From positions 37,701 through 101,700 of the forward strand of contig DATBBF010000020.1 in the NCBI GenBank assembly GCA_036271135.1: a stretch of DNA of 64,000 bases, in the 5' to 3' direction. This DNA is from Solirubrobacteraceae bacterium. GTDB lineage: Bacteria; Actinomycetota; Thermoleophilia; Solirubrobacterales; Solirubrobacteraceae. This document shows, piece by piece, positions 48,222-57,254 of the stretch. Both the position numbers and the translations under genes were made by a program. The first letter of the stretch is position 1. The number at the start of each line of letters is the position of its first letter. The notes under the pieces were generated by a model. That model saw only the letters and a program-made list of their open reading frames with translations, ran no database searches and was not told the DNA's origin.

Positions 48222-49784
48222 CTATTTGAACAGCGTGATGTCGGCGATCGTCGCCGACTGGCGGTGCGGGGGAAGCGTCGTCATCCAGACGAGGTAGTAC
48301 CGGTGCTTGCTCGAGGGGGTCTTCAGCCTGATCCGTTCGCCGTCGCGCACGTCGGCGATGGTGGCGACCGGGCCGTCCCAGCCGCGGCTGGCGAGCGAGG
48401 CGGAGTCTCCGTAGGGGAGCCCGAGGTCGATGTGGTCGGCGACGTAGATCTGGACCGAGAAGCCCGGCGTCGGCGTCTGGATCTCGATGCCCCGTCCGGC
48501 TACGCCCGGCGCCGCGTCGAGGTAGATGCCCAGACCCGTGCCGCCCGCCTTGCGCAGCGTGCCTTCGAAGTAGCGCTCGGTGCTCCACGTCGTGCTCGGG
48601 TCGCTGTCGACGACGTTGCCGATCTGATCGCGATTTTCCGGACCCGTGCCGAACGGGTTGTAGTCGTTGGCCGCGGAGGCGCTGAGCTGCACGGCGACGA
48701 GCCCCGCCCGTGAGGAGGCTCCGGGCGCGACGCCCGTGCCCCGGTGCGCGTTTTCGCCGGCCAGGATCACGACGATCACGACGATCGCCGCGAGCAGCGC
48801 CAGGGAGGCCAGCCAGCGGGCAGGGTGGCGCATTCGCCAGGGCAGTCGCCGCCGCGCGCGCCCGCGCAGCGTCTTCAGCACCGTCGTCACCTCGCCGGTC
48901 GTCTGCCCTGTCCGGGAGGCCTCGATCGCCAGCACGTTTTCGAGGTCCGCGGTCATGGCGGCCGCGTCCGGATATCGCACGGTGAGGTCCTTGGCAACTG
49001 CGCGGTCGACGACCGACGCGGTGGCGGCGGATATCTGCGGGCGGCGTGCCTGCACGTCGGGAAGATCCTCGCGAACGTGCTTCATCGCGACCGCGACCGG
49101 CGAGTCGCCGTGGAAGGGCACGTCGCCGGTCAGCATCTCGTAGAGCACGATCCCCAGCGAATAGAGGTCCGACTGCGGCGTGACCGGTTGGCCGAGGGCC
49201 TGCTCGGGGGAGACGTAGTCGGTCGTCCCCAGCACGCGCCCTGCCATCGTCAGCCCCTCCTCGCTGAGTGAGCGGGCGATCCCGAAGTCGGTGATCTTGG
49301 CACCTCCCTCAGGGTCGATCAGGATGTTCTGGGGCTTGACGTCGCGGTGGACGATCTGGCGTTCGTGGGCCGCGCCGAGAGCGCGCGCGATCTCGATCGC
49401 GTAGGCGAGCGCATGGGGGATCTCCAGGGGACCCTCGCGGCGGATCATGCTCTTCAGCGTCTCCCCGTCGACGTACTCGAGAACGATGTAGGGGGTCGCC
49501 GCCTCCTCGCCGGCGGCCGAGAGATGATCGTCGGGCATCGGCTCCTCGCCGGCGTCGATCACCGATACGACGTTGGGGTGGTTGAGCTGCGCGATCGAGC
49601 GGGCCTCGCGCCGGAAGCGCTCGAGCTGGTCGGAGTCGCCGGTGATCTCGCGGTGCATCAGCTTGATCGCCACCGGCCGCTCGAGGACCGTGTCGAAGGC
49701 CTTGTAGACGGTCGACATGCCGCCACGGCCGATGACCTCGTCGAGTCGGTAGCGGCCGCCGATCAGGGTGCCCAGGGCAGTCAT
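48222..49784 (-). CDS. Ser/Thr protein kinase with TM and C-terminal extracellular beta-sandwich (discoidin-like) domain
   Basis: Track ORF (676 aa) trimmed to the ATG at 49784 (MTALGTLIGGRYRLDEVIGRGGMSTVYKA). HRDVKPQNILI, DFGIA and SPEQ motifs. TM WLASLALLAAIVVIVVILAG. The ectodomain contains VVDSDPSTTWSTERY. Confidence 0.88.
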   Translation of the reverse strand: MTALGTLIGGRYRLDEVIGRGGMSTVYKAFDTVLERPVAIKLMHREITGDSDQLERFRREARSIAQLNHPNVVSVIDAGEEPMPDDHLSAAGEEAATPYIVLEYVDGETLKSMIRREGPLEIPHALAYAIEIARALGAAHERQIVHRDVKPQNILIDPEGGAKITDFGIARSLSEEGLTMAGRVLGTTDYVSPEQALGQPVTPQSDLYSLGIVLYEMLTGDVPFHGDSPVAVAMKHVREDLPDVQARRPQISAATASVVDRAVAKDLTVRYPDAAAMTADLENVLAIEASRTGQTTGEVTTVLKTLRGRARRRLPWRMRHPARWLASLALLAAIVVIVVILAGENAHRGTGVAPGASSRAGLVAVQLSASAANDYNPFGTGPENRDQIGNVVDSDPSTTWSTERYFEGTLRKAGGTGLGIYLDAAPGVAGRGIEIQTPTPGFSVQIYVADHIDLGLPYGDSASLASRGWDGPVATIADVRDGERIRLKTPSSKHRYYLVWMTTLPPHRQSATIADITLFK

Positions 49785-49791
49785 TGGACTC

Positions 49792-50595
49792 CTATTGTGC
49801 GCGTCGCAGCCGGACGACGACGAGTGCGGCCAGTGCCAGCCGGTAGGCCGCGAAGGGCGCAAGCGGCAGCCGCGCCAGCCCGCGCCCGCCGACTCGGGCG
49901 CTGAGAGCGGTCGAGAGGCAGGCCGCGGCGCCACCGGCCAGCAGCGTCGAGTCGATGCTCCGCCCTTTGCCTGTGGCGATGCGGGCGCTCTCCAGGGCGC
50001 TCGCTCCGAACAGCACCGGCAGGCCTGCCCACCAGGACAGCTCGTGGGCGGCGGAACGGTCGAAGCCGCGCGCGCGGGCGACCGCCAGCGTCGCGCCGTT
50101 GCGCGAGACGCCGGGCGCCAGGGCGGCTGCCTGGGCGAACCCCAGTGCAAGGCCGTCGCGTGGACCCGCCTGGACGAAGTCGCGCCCGGCGGACTGGCGC
50201 GGACGGTCGGCCAGGAGCATCGCCACGGCGCCCGCGGCGAGCCCGCCGGCAATCGATCGCGGACCGCCCATCCGCCGCTCGATCTGCCCGCGCAGCACCA
50301 GGCCCGCGAGCGCCGGTGGCGTCAGTGCGAGTGCCCGGGCCAGGCGCGACCCACCGCGCGGACGCTCGAGCGTCTTTCGCGCCGAGCCGCCGAGCGCGAG
50401 CGCGGCCCCGGCATGCAGAGCCACCTCGAAGGACTTGCGCTGGGCGCCGCCTTGACGGGCATAGGGCCATCCGGCCAGCCATGGCAGCAGCGTCGTGTGC
50501 GCGGATGAGGAGATCGGGAGCAGCTCAGCCGGGCCCTGCAGCAGGCCCAGCGCTACGGCATGACGGAGCGGGAGCGCTCGCTCAGCCGGCAGCAT
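49792..50595 (-). CDS. uppP: undecaprenyl-diphosphate phosphatase (BacA/UppP)
   Basis: 267 aa, polytopic. It has the signature GLLQGPAELLPISSSAH and a second conserved region FAQAAALAPGVSRNGATL. Confidence 0.88.
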   Translation of the reverse strand: MLPAERALPLRHAVALGLLQGPAELLPISSSAHTTLLPWLAGWPYARQGGAQRKSFEVALHAGAALALGGSARKTLERPRGGSRLARALALTPPALAGLVLRGQIERRMGGPRSIAGGLAAGAVAMLLADRPRQSAGRDFVQAGPRDGLALGFAQAAALAPGVSRNGATLAVARARGFDRSAAHELSWWAGLPVLFGASALESARIATGKGRSIDSTLLAGGAAACLSTALSARVGGRGLARLPLAPFAAYRLALAALVVVRLRRAQ

Positions 50596-51247
50596 TCCTC
50601 GCCGGTTCGCTGCGCGCGCGCCGGCGCCTTGAGATCCAGTAGACGATGCCCACGACGATCAGGGCGACGACCGCGTAGTCGACGTACTCGAAGGCCTTGC
50701 GGACGCTCTTCCAGTCACCGCCGACGGCGTGGCCGGCGATCGCCAGGCCCACGACCCAGGGGACCGTGCCGATGAAGGAGAACAGCGTGAAGCGCCCGAT
50801 CGGCATCTTCGCCATGCCCGCCGGCAGCGACACGAACGCGCGGACGACGGGTATGAAGCGACCGAACAGGACGGCCGCCTCGCCGTGGCGCTGGAACCAG
50901 CGATCGGCCTTATCCAGCTGCGCCGGACCCATGTGGACTTTCGCGCCGTGGCGTTCGAACAGCTCGAGACGTCCGCCGCGCCCGACGGCGTAGGCCACCC
51001 AGGAACCGAGCATCGAGCCGATCAGCCCGGCAAGGATGATCCCGACGATCGTCAGGTGATGGTGGGCGCCGCTCTGGCCCGGGTCGGCGACGGCGAAGCC
51101 CGCAAACAGCATCACTACCTCCGAAGGTACGGGAATGCAGGCGCTCGAGATTGCCATCAGCGCAAAGATCCCGGGCAGGCCGGCTTCGCTCACGAAGTGC
51201 GAGGTTTCGTTGACGAGCGTTTCCGAGATCGAGGCGAGGACCAGCAA
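50582..51247 (-). CDS. dedA: DedA family membrane protein
   Basis: 221 aa. IPVPSEVVMLFAGF and GRFIPVVRAFVSLPAGMAKMP motifs are typical of the DedA/SNARE-associated family. The stop overlaps the uppP start by 14 nt. Confidence 0.85.
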   Translation of the reverse strand: MLVLASISETLVNETSHFVSEAGLPGIFALMAISSACIPVPSEVVMLFAGFAVADPGQSGAHHHLTIVGIILAGLIGSMLGSWVAYAVGRGGRLELFERHGAKVHMGPAQLDKADRWFQRHGEAAVLFGRFIPVVRAFVSLPAGMAKMPIGRFTLFSFIGTVPWVVGLAIAGHAVGGDWKSVRKAFEYVDYAVVALIVVGIVYWISRRRRARSEPARNAAG

Positions 51248-51347
51248 GGCCGGTCAACGATACAGCCCGATCCTGTGGGCGGGCTGAGAATCGCCTTGGG
51301 CGCGAGGAGGCCGCCCCCGCGCCCACGATCGTTACCTTCCGTTTGCG

Positions 51348-52403
51348 ATGCGCGTCTGGATAGACCTCACCAACAGCCCCCACGTCTTGGTCATGCGCCC
51401 CGTGATCGAGCACCTGTGTGCCGACGGCCACGAGGTCTCCGTGACGGCTCGCGACTTCGCCCAGACGCTTGAGTTGTGCGACCGGCTCGGGGTGGAGCAC
51501 ACCGCGATCGGCCGGCACCGTGGCGGGCGCATGGCGGCCAAGGCGACGGGCCTGGTCTCCCGCACGAGTGCCCTGACGCGTTGGGCGCGGGGCCGTCGCT
51601 TCGACATCGCTCTCGGCCACGGCTCGAACGACGTGACGGTCGCTGCGGCATTGCTGCGGGTGCCCAGCACGACGATGTTCGACTACGAGTGGGCGAAGAT
51701 CCAGCACAACGTCAACTGCCGCTTGGCGGCCGCGGTCGTCGTGCCCGAGGCGATCCCACCGGAGCGCCTCGACCGCTACGGGGCGGGGGGCAAGCTGCGT
51801 CCCTATCCGGGGCTGAAGGAGGAGTACTACCTGTCGGACTTCGAGGCTGACGCGGGCGTTCCCGCCGAGCTCGGCCTGGACCCCGAGCGCCCGATCGTCG
51901 TCGTGCGGACCCCGCCCGAGGTCGCGCTCTACCACCGCCTGCACAACGACCTGTTCGGCTCCGTCCTGGAGCGGCTGCGGCGGGCCGCCGAGCGCGACGG
52001 GGTGCAGCCGGTCGTGCTGCCACGCCTGGCCGAGCAGCGCGAGCAGCTGGCGCGGATACCGGGCTTCCTCGTTCCCGAGCGGGCGATCGACGCGCAGTCG
52101 CTGATCTCCGCCGCGGCCCTCGTGATCTCCGCCGGTGGCACGATGAACCGCGAGGCGGTGGCCCTCGGCACCCCCGTCTATACGACCTTCCAGGGTCGGA
52201 TGGGAGCTGTCGACGAACGACTGATCGCTGAACGCCGTCTGCGGGTCCTCGAGCGGGCAGAGGAGCTGGCGATCCCCACCGGCGAGGAGCCCCAGGCGAC
52301 GCGCGTGCGGCGAGACCCCGGCCTGCTGGTGGACCTACTGCTCTCGCCACTGAGCGGCGGCGGCCTCGCAAAGGCTCATTCCGGGGCGACAGAGCAGCCC
52401 TAG
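51348..52403 (+). CDS. DUF354 domain protein (GT-B/epimerase-like fold)
   Basis: MRVWIDLTNSPHVLVMRPVIEHLCADGHEVSVTARDFAQTLELCDRLG is the characteristic DUF354 N-terminus. 351 aa. Confidence 0.75.
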   Translation: MRVWIDLTNSPHVLVMRPVIEHLCADGHEVSVTARDFAQTLELCDRLGVEHTAIGRHRGGRMAAKATGLVSRTSALTRWARGRRFDIALGHGSNDVTVAAALLRVPSTTMFDYEWAKIQHNVNCRLAAAVVVPEAIPPERLDRYGAGGKLRPYPGLKEEYYLSDFEADAGVPAELGLDPERPIVVVRTPPEVALYHRLHNDLFGSVLERLRRAAERDGVQPVVLPRLAEQREQLARIPGFLVPERAIDAQSLISAAALVISAGGTMNREAVALGTPVYTTFQGRMGAVDERLIAERRLRVLERAEELAIPTGEEPQATRVRRDPGLLVDLLLSPLSGGGLAKAHSGATEQP

Positions 52404-52421
52404 CCGCTTACAATCTGCGCA

Positions 52422-54527
52422 ATGCGCCGACGGATCCGCTCCGCGGCCCTTCCGCTCCATCGTCATTCCCTGCCCCAGCTCGCAGTGGACGGAGCGTTGG
52501 TCGCGCTCGCGTACTACCTCGCCTTCCAGCTTCGCTTCAACAGCGGCCCGCCGAAGCACTACGCGGAGCTGCGCTCGGCGACGCTGTGGTGGGTTCTCGG
52601 CGGCAGCCTGCCGGTGCTGGTCCTGTCCCGCGTCTACCAGCGCCGCTGGCGCTACGCGGGCCAGCGTGACTACGAGGCGGTCGTGCGAGCGATCGTCCTG
52701 ATCGTCCTGCTGACGGTCGTCGCGATCGAGATCTTCCGCCCGACGCACGCCTACCCCTCGGTGTCCGACGGGCGCCACGCGGCCAACGCCACGGTCGCCG
52801 TCGTGCTGCCCAACGGCGTGATCGTGCTCTACGCGCTGCTGGCGCTGGTCTTCCTGATCGGCATGCGAGCGATCGCCCGGACGATCTACGAGCGCCGCCC
52901 GCTCGCCGCGTTCCGCTCCAGCCGCAAGGGCGAGCGCACGGTCCTGATCGCGGGCGCCGGCGAGGGGGGCAGGATGGTCGTCAGGGAGATCCTTCGAAAC
53001 CGTGAGCTGGGGCTGATCCCAGTCGGATTCCTCGACGACGACTCGCTCAAGCACCGCTTGCGGATCGACGGCGTGCGGGTTCGCGGCAACACCGAGGAGG
53101 ACCTGCCGCGGATCCTCGACGACGCGGAGCCCGACGAAGTCATCATCGCGATCCCCTCGGCGCCCGGATCGACCCGTGCGCGGATCGTCAAAGAGTGCCG
53201 CCAGCGGGGCATCCCCGTACGAACGCTGCCGACCGTCTTCGAGCTGCTGCAGACGCGCGGTGCCCTCGCCAGGCAGGTCCGCGAGGTCCGCGTCGAGGAC
53301 GTCCTCGGCCGCGAGCCCGTGCTGATGGAGCTCGACCGCGTCGGCGCCTACCTCGGCGGGCAGGTCGTGCTCGTGACCGGCGCCGGCGGCTCGATCGGCG
53401 CGGAGCTGTGCCGTCAGATCGCCCGCGTCGAGCCGCACCGGATCGTGCTGGTGGATCACGCCGAGGACAACCTCTTCTCGATCCTCCGCGAGCTCCAGGA
53501 TGAGCGCCACGTCCCGGAGTCGATGCTCGCGGCGGTGCTGGCGGACTGCAAGGAAGAGGAGCGGATGCGAGAGGTGTTCGCCGAGCATCGACCGACGGTC
53601 GTCTTCCACGCCGCCGCCTACAAGCACGTCGGTCTGATGGAGGCCAACCCGGTCGAGGCGGTCCGCAACAACGCGATCGCCACCCAGGTCGTCGCGCACG
53701 TCGCCGGCGATCACAAAGTTGGCCGCTTCGTGCTGGTCTCGACCGACAAGGCCGTGGCCCCCGCCACCGTGATGGGTGCCTCCAAGGCGCTGGCCGAGTT
53801 CGCCCTCGAGGCCGCCACGGCCCGTTTCCCCGAGACTCGCTACGCGGCGGTCCGCTTCGGCAACGTGCTCGGCTCCTCCGGAAGCGTCGTCCCGATCTTC
53901 CGCCGCCAGATCGAGCGCGGGGGACCGGTGACGGTGACCGACGAGCGCATGACCCGTTACTTCATGACGATCCCCGAGGCGGTGCAGCTGATCATCCGCT
54001 CGGGATCGCTGGCGACGGCGCCTTCGCCGCTGCCCAACGGCGATCGCCGCAAGCGCGTCAGGGCGACCACGGGCGCCGAGGTGTTCGTGCTCGACATGGG
54101 CGAGCCGGTCAAGATCGTCGAGCTGGCTCGCGCGATGATCGAGCTCTCGGGCCTGGACCCCGACCGCGACATCGACGTCGAGATCGTCGGCAGCCGCCCG
54201 GGCGAGAAGCTCCACGAGCAACTGTTCAACAGCTACGAGCGGGCGCGACCGACCGACGCCGAGAAGATCCTGCGCGCCGAACGCAAGCCGCTGGGGGTTC
54301 CGGCGGTCGAATCGATGTTCGCCGAGATCAGGCTGTTGGTGCTGGAGGGGGACGCGGCGGGGCTCGCCGCGAAGGTCTCCGAGCTCTCGCGGGAGCTGCG
54401 CGAGCCGCCTGACGGCGAGGAGGCATCCGGGGGGGAGCAGGCGGGCGCGGGGGCCGATGCGCCTCCCGCGCAGCCCGGCGCTCAGCGCGATGCGCCTCAG
54501 CCCCTCGTACACTCCCCCAATTCATGA
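52422..54527 (+). CDS. membrane-bound nucleotide-sugar 4,6-dehydratase/epimerase (CapD/WbpM/PglF-like polysaccharide biosynthesis protein)
   Basis: Four N-terminal TM helices, two Rossmann motifs (VLIAGAGEGG and VLVTGAGGSIGAEL) and a YKH catalytic motif (AAAYKHVGLME). 701 aa. Confidence 0.88.
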   Translation: MRRRIRSAALPLHRHSLPQLAVDGALVALAYYLAFQLRFNSGPPKHYAELRSATLWWVLGGSLPVLVLSRVYQRRWRYAGQRDYEAVVRAIVLIVLLTVVAIEIFRPTHAYPSVSDGRHAANATVAVVLPNGVIVLYALLALVFLIGMRAIARTIYERRPLAAFRSSRKGERTVLIAGAGEGGRMVVREILRNRELGLIPVGFLDDDSLKHRLRIDGVRVRGNTEEDLPRILDDAEPDEVIIAIPSAPGSTRARIVKECRQRGIPVRTLPTVFELLQTRGALARQVREVRVEDVLGREPVLMELDRVGAYLGGQVVLVTGAGGSIGAELCRQIARVEPHRIVLVDHAEDNLFSILRELQDERHVPESMLAAVLADCKEEERMREVFAEHRPTVVFHAAAYKHVGLMEANPVEAVRNNAIATQVVAHVAGDHKVGRFVLVSTDKAVAPATVMGASKALAEFALEAATARFPETRYAAVRFGNVLGSSGSVVPIFRRQIERGGPVTVTDERMTRYFMTIPEAVQLIIRSGSLATAPSPLPNGDRRKRVRATTGAEVFVLDMGEPVKIVELARAMIELSGLDPDRDIDVEIVGSRPGEKLHEQLFNSYERARPTDAEKILRAERKPLGVPAVESMFAEIRLLVLEGDAAGLAAKVSELSRELREPPDGEEASGGEQAGAGADAPPAQPGAQRDAPQPLVHSPNS

Positions 54528-55969
54528 GCCATTCGCTGCTCGCGTTCTCAGTCTCTAGCGAATTCACGAAGATCGGGGCGGTCGTGGCCTTCGCCGCCCT
54601 GCTGGGGATCGCCGTGCTGTCGCTGCTGGTCTTCTCGCAGGCGCGCGAGATAAGACGCCTGCGCGATTGGGCCGGACGCGCTCCCGAGCGCGCCGCCGAC
54701 GCCGAGCAGAAAGTCGCCGCCGCGGCCGCCGCACGGGTGCAGCAGCCGCCGGTCGCCCAGAGCGTGCGCCCGGTGCCCCGCGCCCAGCCGATCCACGCTC
54801 GCGGCGCTCCGCCCGTGCCTGGCGCCCAAGTTGCCCCAGGGCAGGCTGTCACGGCTGCCGGGACGCCGGCCGCCACACCCGCAGCGTCACCGGCCCAGCC
54901 CGGGGCGCCCGTTGTCCCGGTCACACCCGCTGGAACGCCTGGGACGCCGACGCCGGTCCCGGCAGCCGCGAGCGCTGTCAAAGCTCCTGCATCGCCCGCC
55001 ACCCCCGGTGGCGCTCCCCAGCCGATCCCCTGGCAGCGCCCGGCCGCCCCTGCGCCCGCCACCGCACCGCTGGGAGCCCCGGCGTCGGCCGCGGGCGCGC
55101 AACGCAAAGATGCGCCCGCGAAGACTCCAGACGGCGCGCCGTCGTCTCCGGTGAGCGATTCGCCCGCCCCCGCCACAGCTGCCGCCGCTAGCGGTGCGGC
55201 GACAGCGCTCGCCGGGGCAGCGGCCTCCGCGAGCACTCCGAGCGCACCGGCGGCGAGGGCCCCGAGTCCCCCCGCGTCGCCCGGTCCGGCGACGCCCGCG
55301 GCTCGCCCGCCGTTGCCCCCCGCGCCGAGCGCCCCGCGTCGGCCGCCCGCGCAGGTCGAGTCCGCGGGTGCGGCACGCTCAGCCACCCGGACGGTCGCCG
55401 AGCCCGCCGCTCCTTCTCGCCGGTCGCGCCGTGGCGCCGGCGCCCGCGACGGTGGTGGATCGAGGACACGAACGATCGTGATCGGCGTCGGCGTGCTGGC
55501 AATCCTCGCGCTGGTGCTGGTGCTCGCCGGCAAAGGCGGCTCCTCGCCGACGAAAGGCAGCACCGGTACGTCTGCCAACAACGGATCGGTCACTCAGACG
55601 ACCACCAGCACGAGCCATCACAAGTCTTCGTCGACGACCAAACAGGCCAAAGCGACCCCGCCGGCCGAAACGAGCGTCGTGGTGCTCAACGGCACCGAAC
55701 AGACGGGCCTGGCACATCTCATCTCCTCAGAACTGCAGCAGCGCGGCTACTCGCAGGCGGACGCGCTCGACGGCCGGCCGCCCGGCGCCAACGAAGCGAC
55801 GGTCGTGGAGTACGCCTCAGGCCATCAGGCGGACGCCGCCGGAGTCGCCAAATCGCTGGCGGTGAGCCACGTCGAGCCGATGGAACAGGCCGTCGCCGTG
55901 CTGGCCGGCTCGGCGAAGGTGGTGGTCGTCGTGGGCACCGACAAGGCCACGACCACCACGGCGCCATAA
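54524..55969 (+). CDS. membrane-anchored Pro/Ala-rich protein with C-terminal LytR_C domain
   Basis: ATGA overlap with the upstream gene. N-terminal TM (IGAVVAFAALLGIAVLSLLVF), ~270 aa of P/A-rich low complexity, a second hydrophobic segment, and C-terminal VVVLNGTEQTGLAHLISSELQQRGY...VVVVVG (LytR_C-like). Confidence 0.7.
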   Translation: MSHSLLAFSVSSEFTKIGAVVAFAALLGIAVLSLLVFSQAREIRRLRDWAGRAPERAADAEQKVAAAAAARVQQPPVAQSVRPVPRAQPIHARGAPPVPGAQVAPGQAVTAAGTPAATPAASPAQPGAPVVPVTPAGTPGTPTPVPAAASAVKAPASPATPGGAPQPIPWQRPAAPAPATAPLGAPASAAGAQRKDAPAKTPDGAPSSPVSDSPAPATAAAASGAATALAGAAASASTPSAPAARAPSPPASPGPATPAARPPLPPAPSAPRRPPAQVESAGAARSATRTVAEPAAPSRRSRRGAGARDGGGSRTRTIVIGVGVLAILALVLVLAGKGGSSPTKGSTGTSANNGSVTQTTTSTSHHKSSSTTKQAKATPPAETSVVVLNGTEQTGLAHLISSELQQRGYSQADALDGRPPGANEATVVEYASGHQADAAGVAKSLAVSHVEPMEQAVAVLAGSAKVVVVVGTDKATTTTAP

Positions 55970-56028
55970 CCGGTTTCCTCGACATCCCCGCGCGGTCCTC
56001 CAAGCCGCGCGAGAGCGGCATCACGCAC

Positions 56029-56733
56029 GTGATCGACCGTGGCCTGTCGGTCGCCGAAGTTGACGGTCTGCTCGAGGTGGCCGGCGACAGCGTCGACATC
56101 GTCAAGCTCGGCTGGGGCACGGCGGTGGTGAGCCAGAACCTGGCCCCCAAGCTCGCTCGCTATGCCGAGCGCGGAATCCCGGTGGTGCTCGGCGGCACCC
56201 TCACCGAGGTGGCGATCCGCCAGGGGCGCATCGACGGGCTGATCGCTTGGCTGCGCGAGCTGGGCCTGCGCCACGTCGAGATCTCCGACGGGACGATCGA
56301 GCTGGAGGCCGAGGTCAAGCGCGAGCTGATCGAACGGCTGTCGCGGGAGTTCGTCGTTTTCGCCGAGGTCGGCAGCAAGGACGTCGACTTCATCATGGCT
56401 CCCTATGTGTGGGTCGAACAGATCGAAAGCGATCTGCAGGCAGGGGCCTGGAAGGTGATCGCCGAGGCCCGGGAGTCGGGAACGGCCGGGATCTACAGAG
56501 CAAACGGGGAACCGAGGACGGGGCTGATCGAGGAGATCGCCCACTCGATCGATCCCTCCAAGCTGATCTTCGACGCGCCCCTGCAGGCTCAGCAGGTCTG
56601 GTTGCTCAAGCACTTCGGCACCGAGTGCAATCTCGGCAACATCGCCCCTGCCGACGTGCTCTCCCTGGAGACGCTGCGGCTCGGGCTGCGCTCCGACACG
56701 GTCGAGCGCTTTGCGCTGGGCGGCGGCGATTGA
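56029..56733 (+). CDS. comA: (2R)-phospho-3-sulfolactate synthase (ComA) family protein
   Basis: GDSVDIVKLGWGTAVVS and GIPVVLGGTLTE are ComA-family-like. Coordinates begin at the first canonical start (GTG at 56029). The in-frame upstream codons FLDIPARSSKPRESGITH also look conserved, so the true start may be near 55966 (see findings). Confidence 0.75.
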   Translation: MIDRGLSVAEVDGLLEVAGDSVDIVKLGWGTAVVSQNLAPKLARYAERGIPVVLGGTLTEVAIRQGRIDGLIAWLRELGLRHVEISDGTIELEAEVKRELIERLSREFVVFAEVGSKDVDFIMAPYVWVEQIESDLQAGAWKVIAEARESGTAGIYRANGEPRTGLIEEIAHSIDPSKLIFDAPLQAQQVWLLKHFGTECNLGNIAPADVLSLETLRLGLRSDTVERFALGGGD

Positions 56734-57254
56734 GCGCAGCTGCCGCGGGGGAGGTTCGGGGCCCTCGTGAGAACCGCGGCGCCGGCGATCCGCTGGGCCG
56801 GGTCGTGTTCGGGGCGCTGGTCGTGGCCTGCTTCTTGGCCTTCTTCCTGACCCAGCGTCTGAAGCACACGCCGACGGTCGTCCAGCGATTTCAGCTGACG
56901 TCGAACTTCTCGCCGACGCCCGCCGGGCGCCACAAAGAAGAGTCGATCTCCTTCAAGCTCTCCCACGCCGAACGGGTGTCCGTCGCCGTGATCGACTCAA
57001 GGGGGAACGTCGTCGCGACGCTGCTGCGCGAACACGCCGTGCCCCGCTACAAACAGTTCTCCCTGCGCTGGAACGGGCGGCGCGGCACCGCTCGCTCCTA
57101 TCGAGCGGCCAGCACCCCCGGCGGGCACCCGTATCTGGTGCCCGAGACCGAGGGGGCGCCAGCGCCCGCAGGCGAATACAGGGTTCGCCTGACCCTCAGC
57201 GGCCAGTCCGGCCCGGTGCTCTCGCCGCGCAGCTTCGGGCTGGTCCGAGGGTGA
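56730..57254 (+). CDS. membrane-anchored protein with Ig-like (FlgD_ig-like) domain
   Basis: TTG at 56730 overlaps the comA stop (TTGA). TM VVFGALVVACFLAFFL followed by a beta-sandwich-like segment (ISFKLSHAERVSVAVIDSRGNVVATLL...GEYRVRLTL). A later GTG start is possible. Confidence 0.6.
   Translation: MSAAAAGEVRGPRENRGAGDPLGRVVFGALVVACFLAFFLTQRLKHTPTVVQRFQLTSNFSPTPAGRHKEESISFKLSHAERVSVAVIDSRGNVVATLLREHAVPRYKQFSLRWNGRRGTARSYRAASTPGGHPYLVPETEGAPAPAGEYRVRLTLSGQSGPVLSPRSFGLVRG

Noticed and set aside
52335-54512. 725-aa minus-strand ORF antisense to the CapD-like gene, plus similar long antisense ORFs at 13405..15078, 35891..37492, 40827..42113, 43875..45284, 45832..47376 and 57098..58771
   Set aside because: Each lies opposite a motif-supported gene, has Arg/Gly/Asp/Pro-rich composition and carries no family signature. 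All are treated as non-coding.
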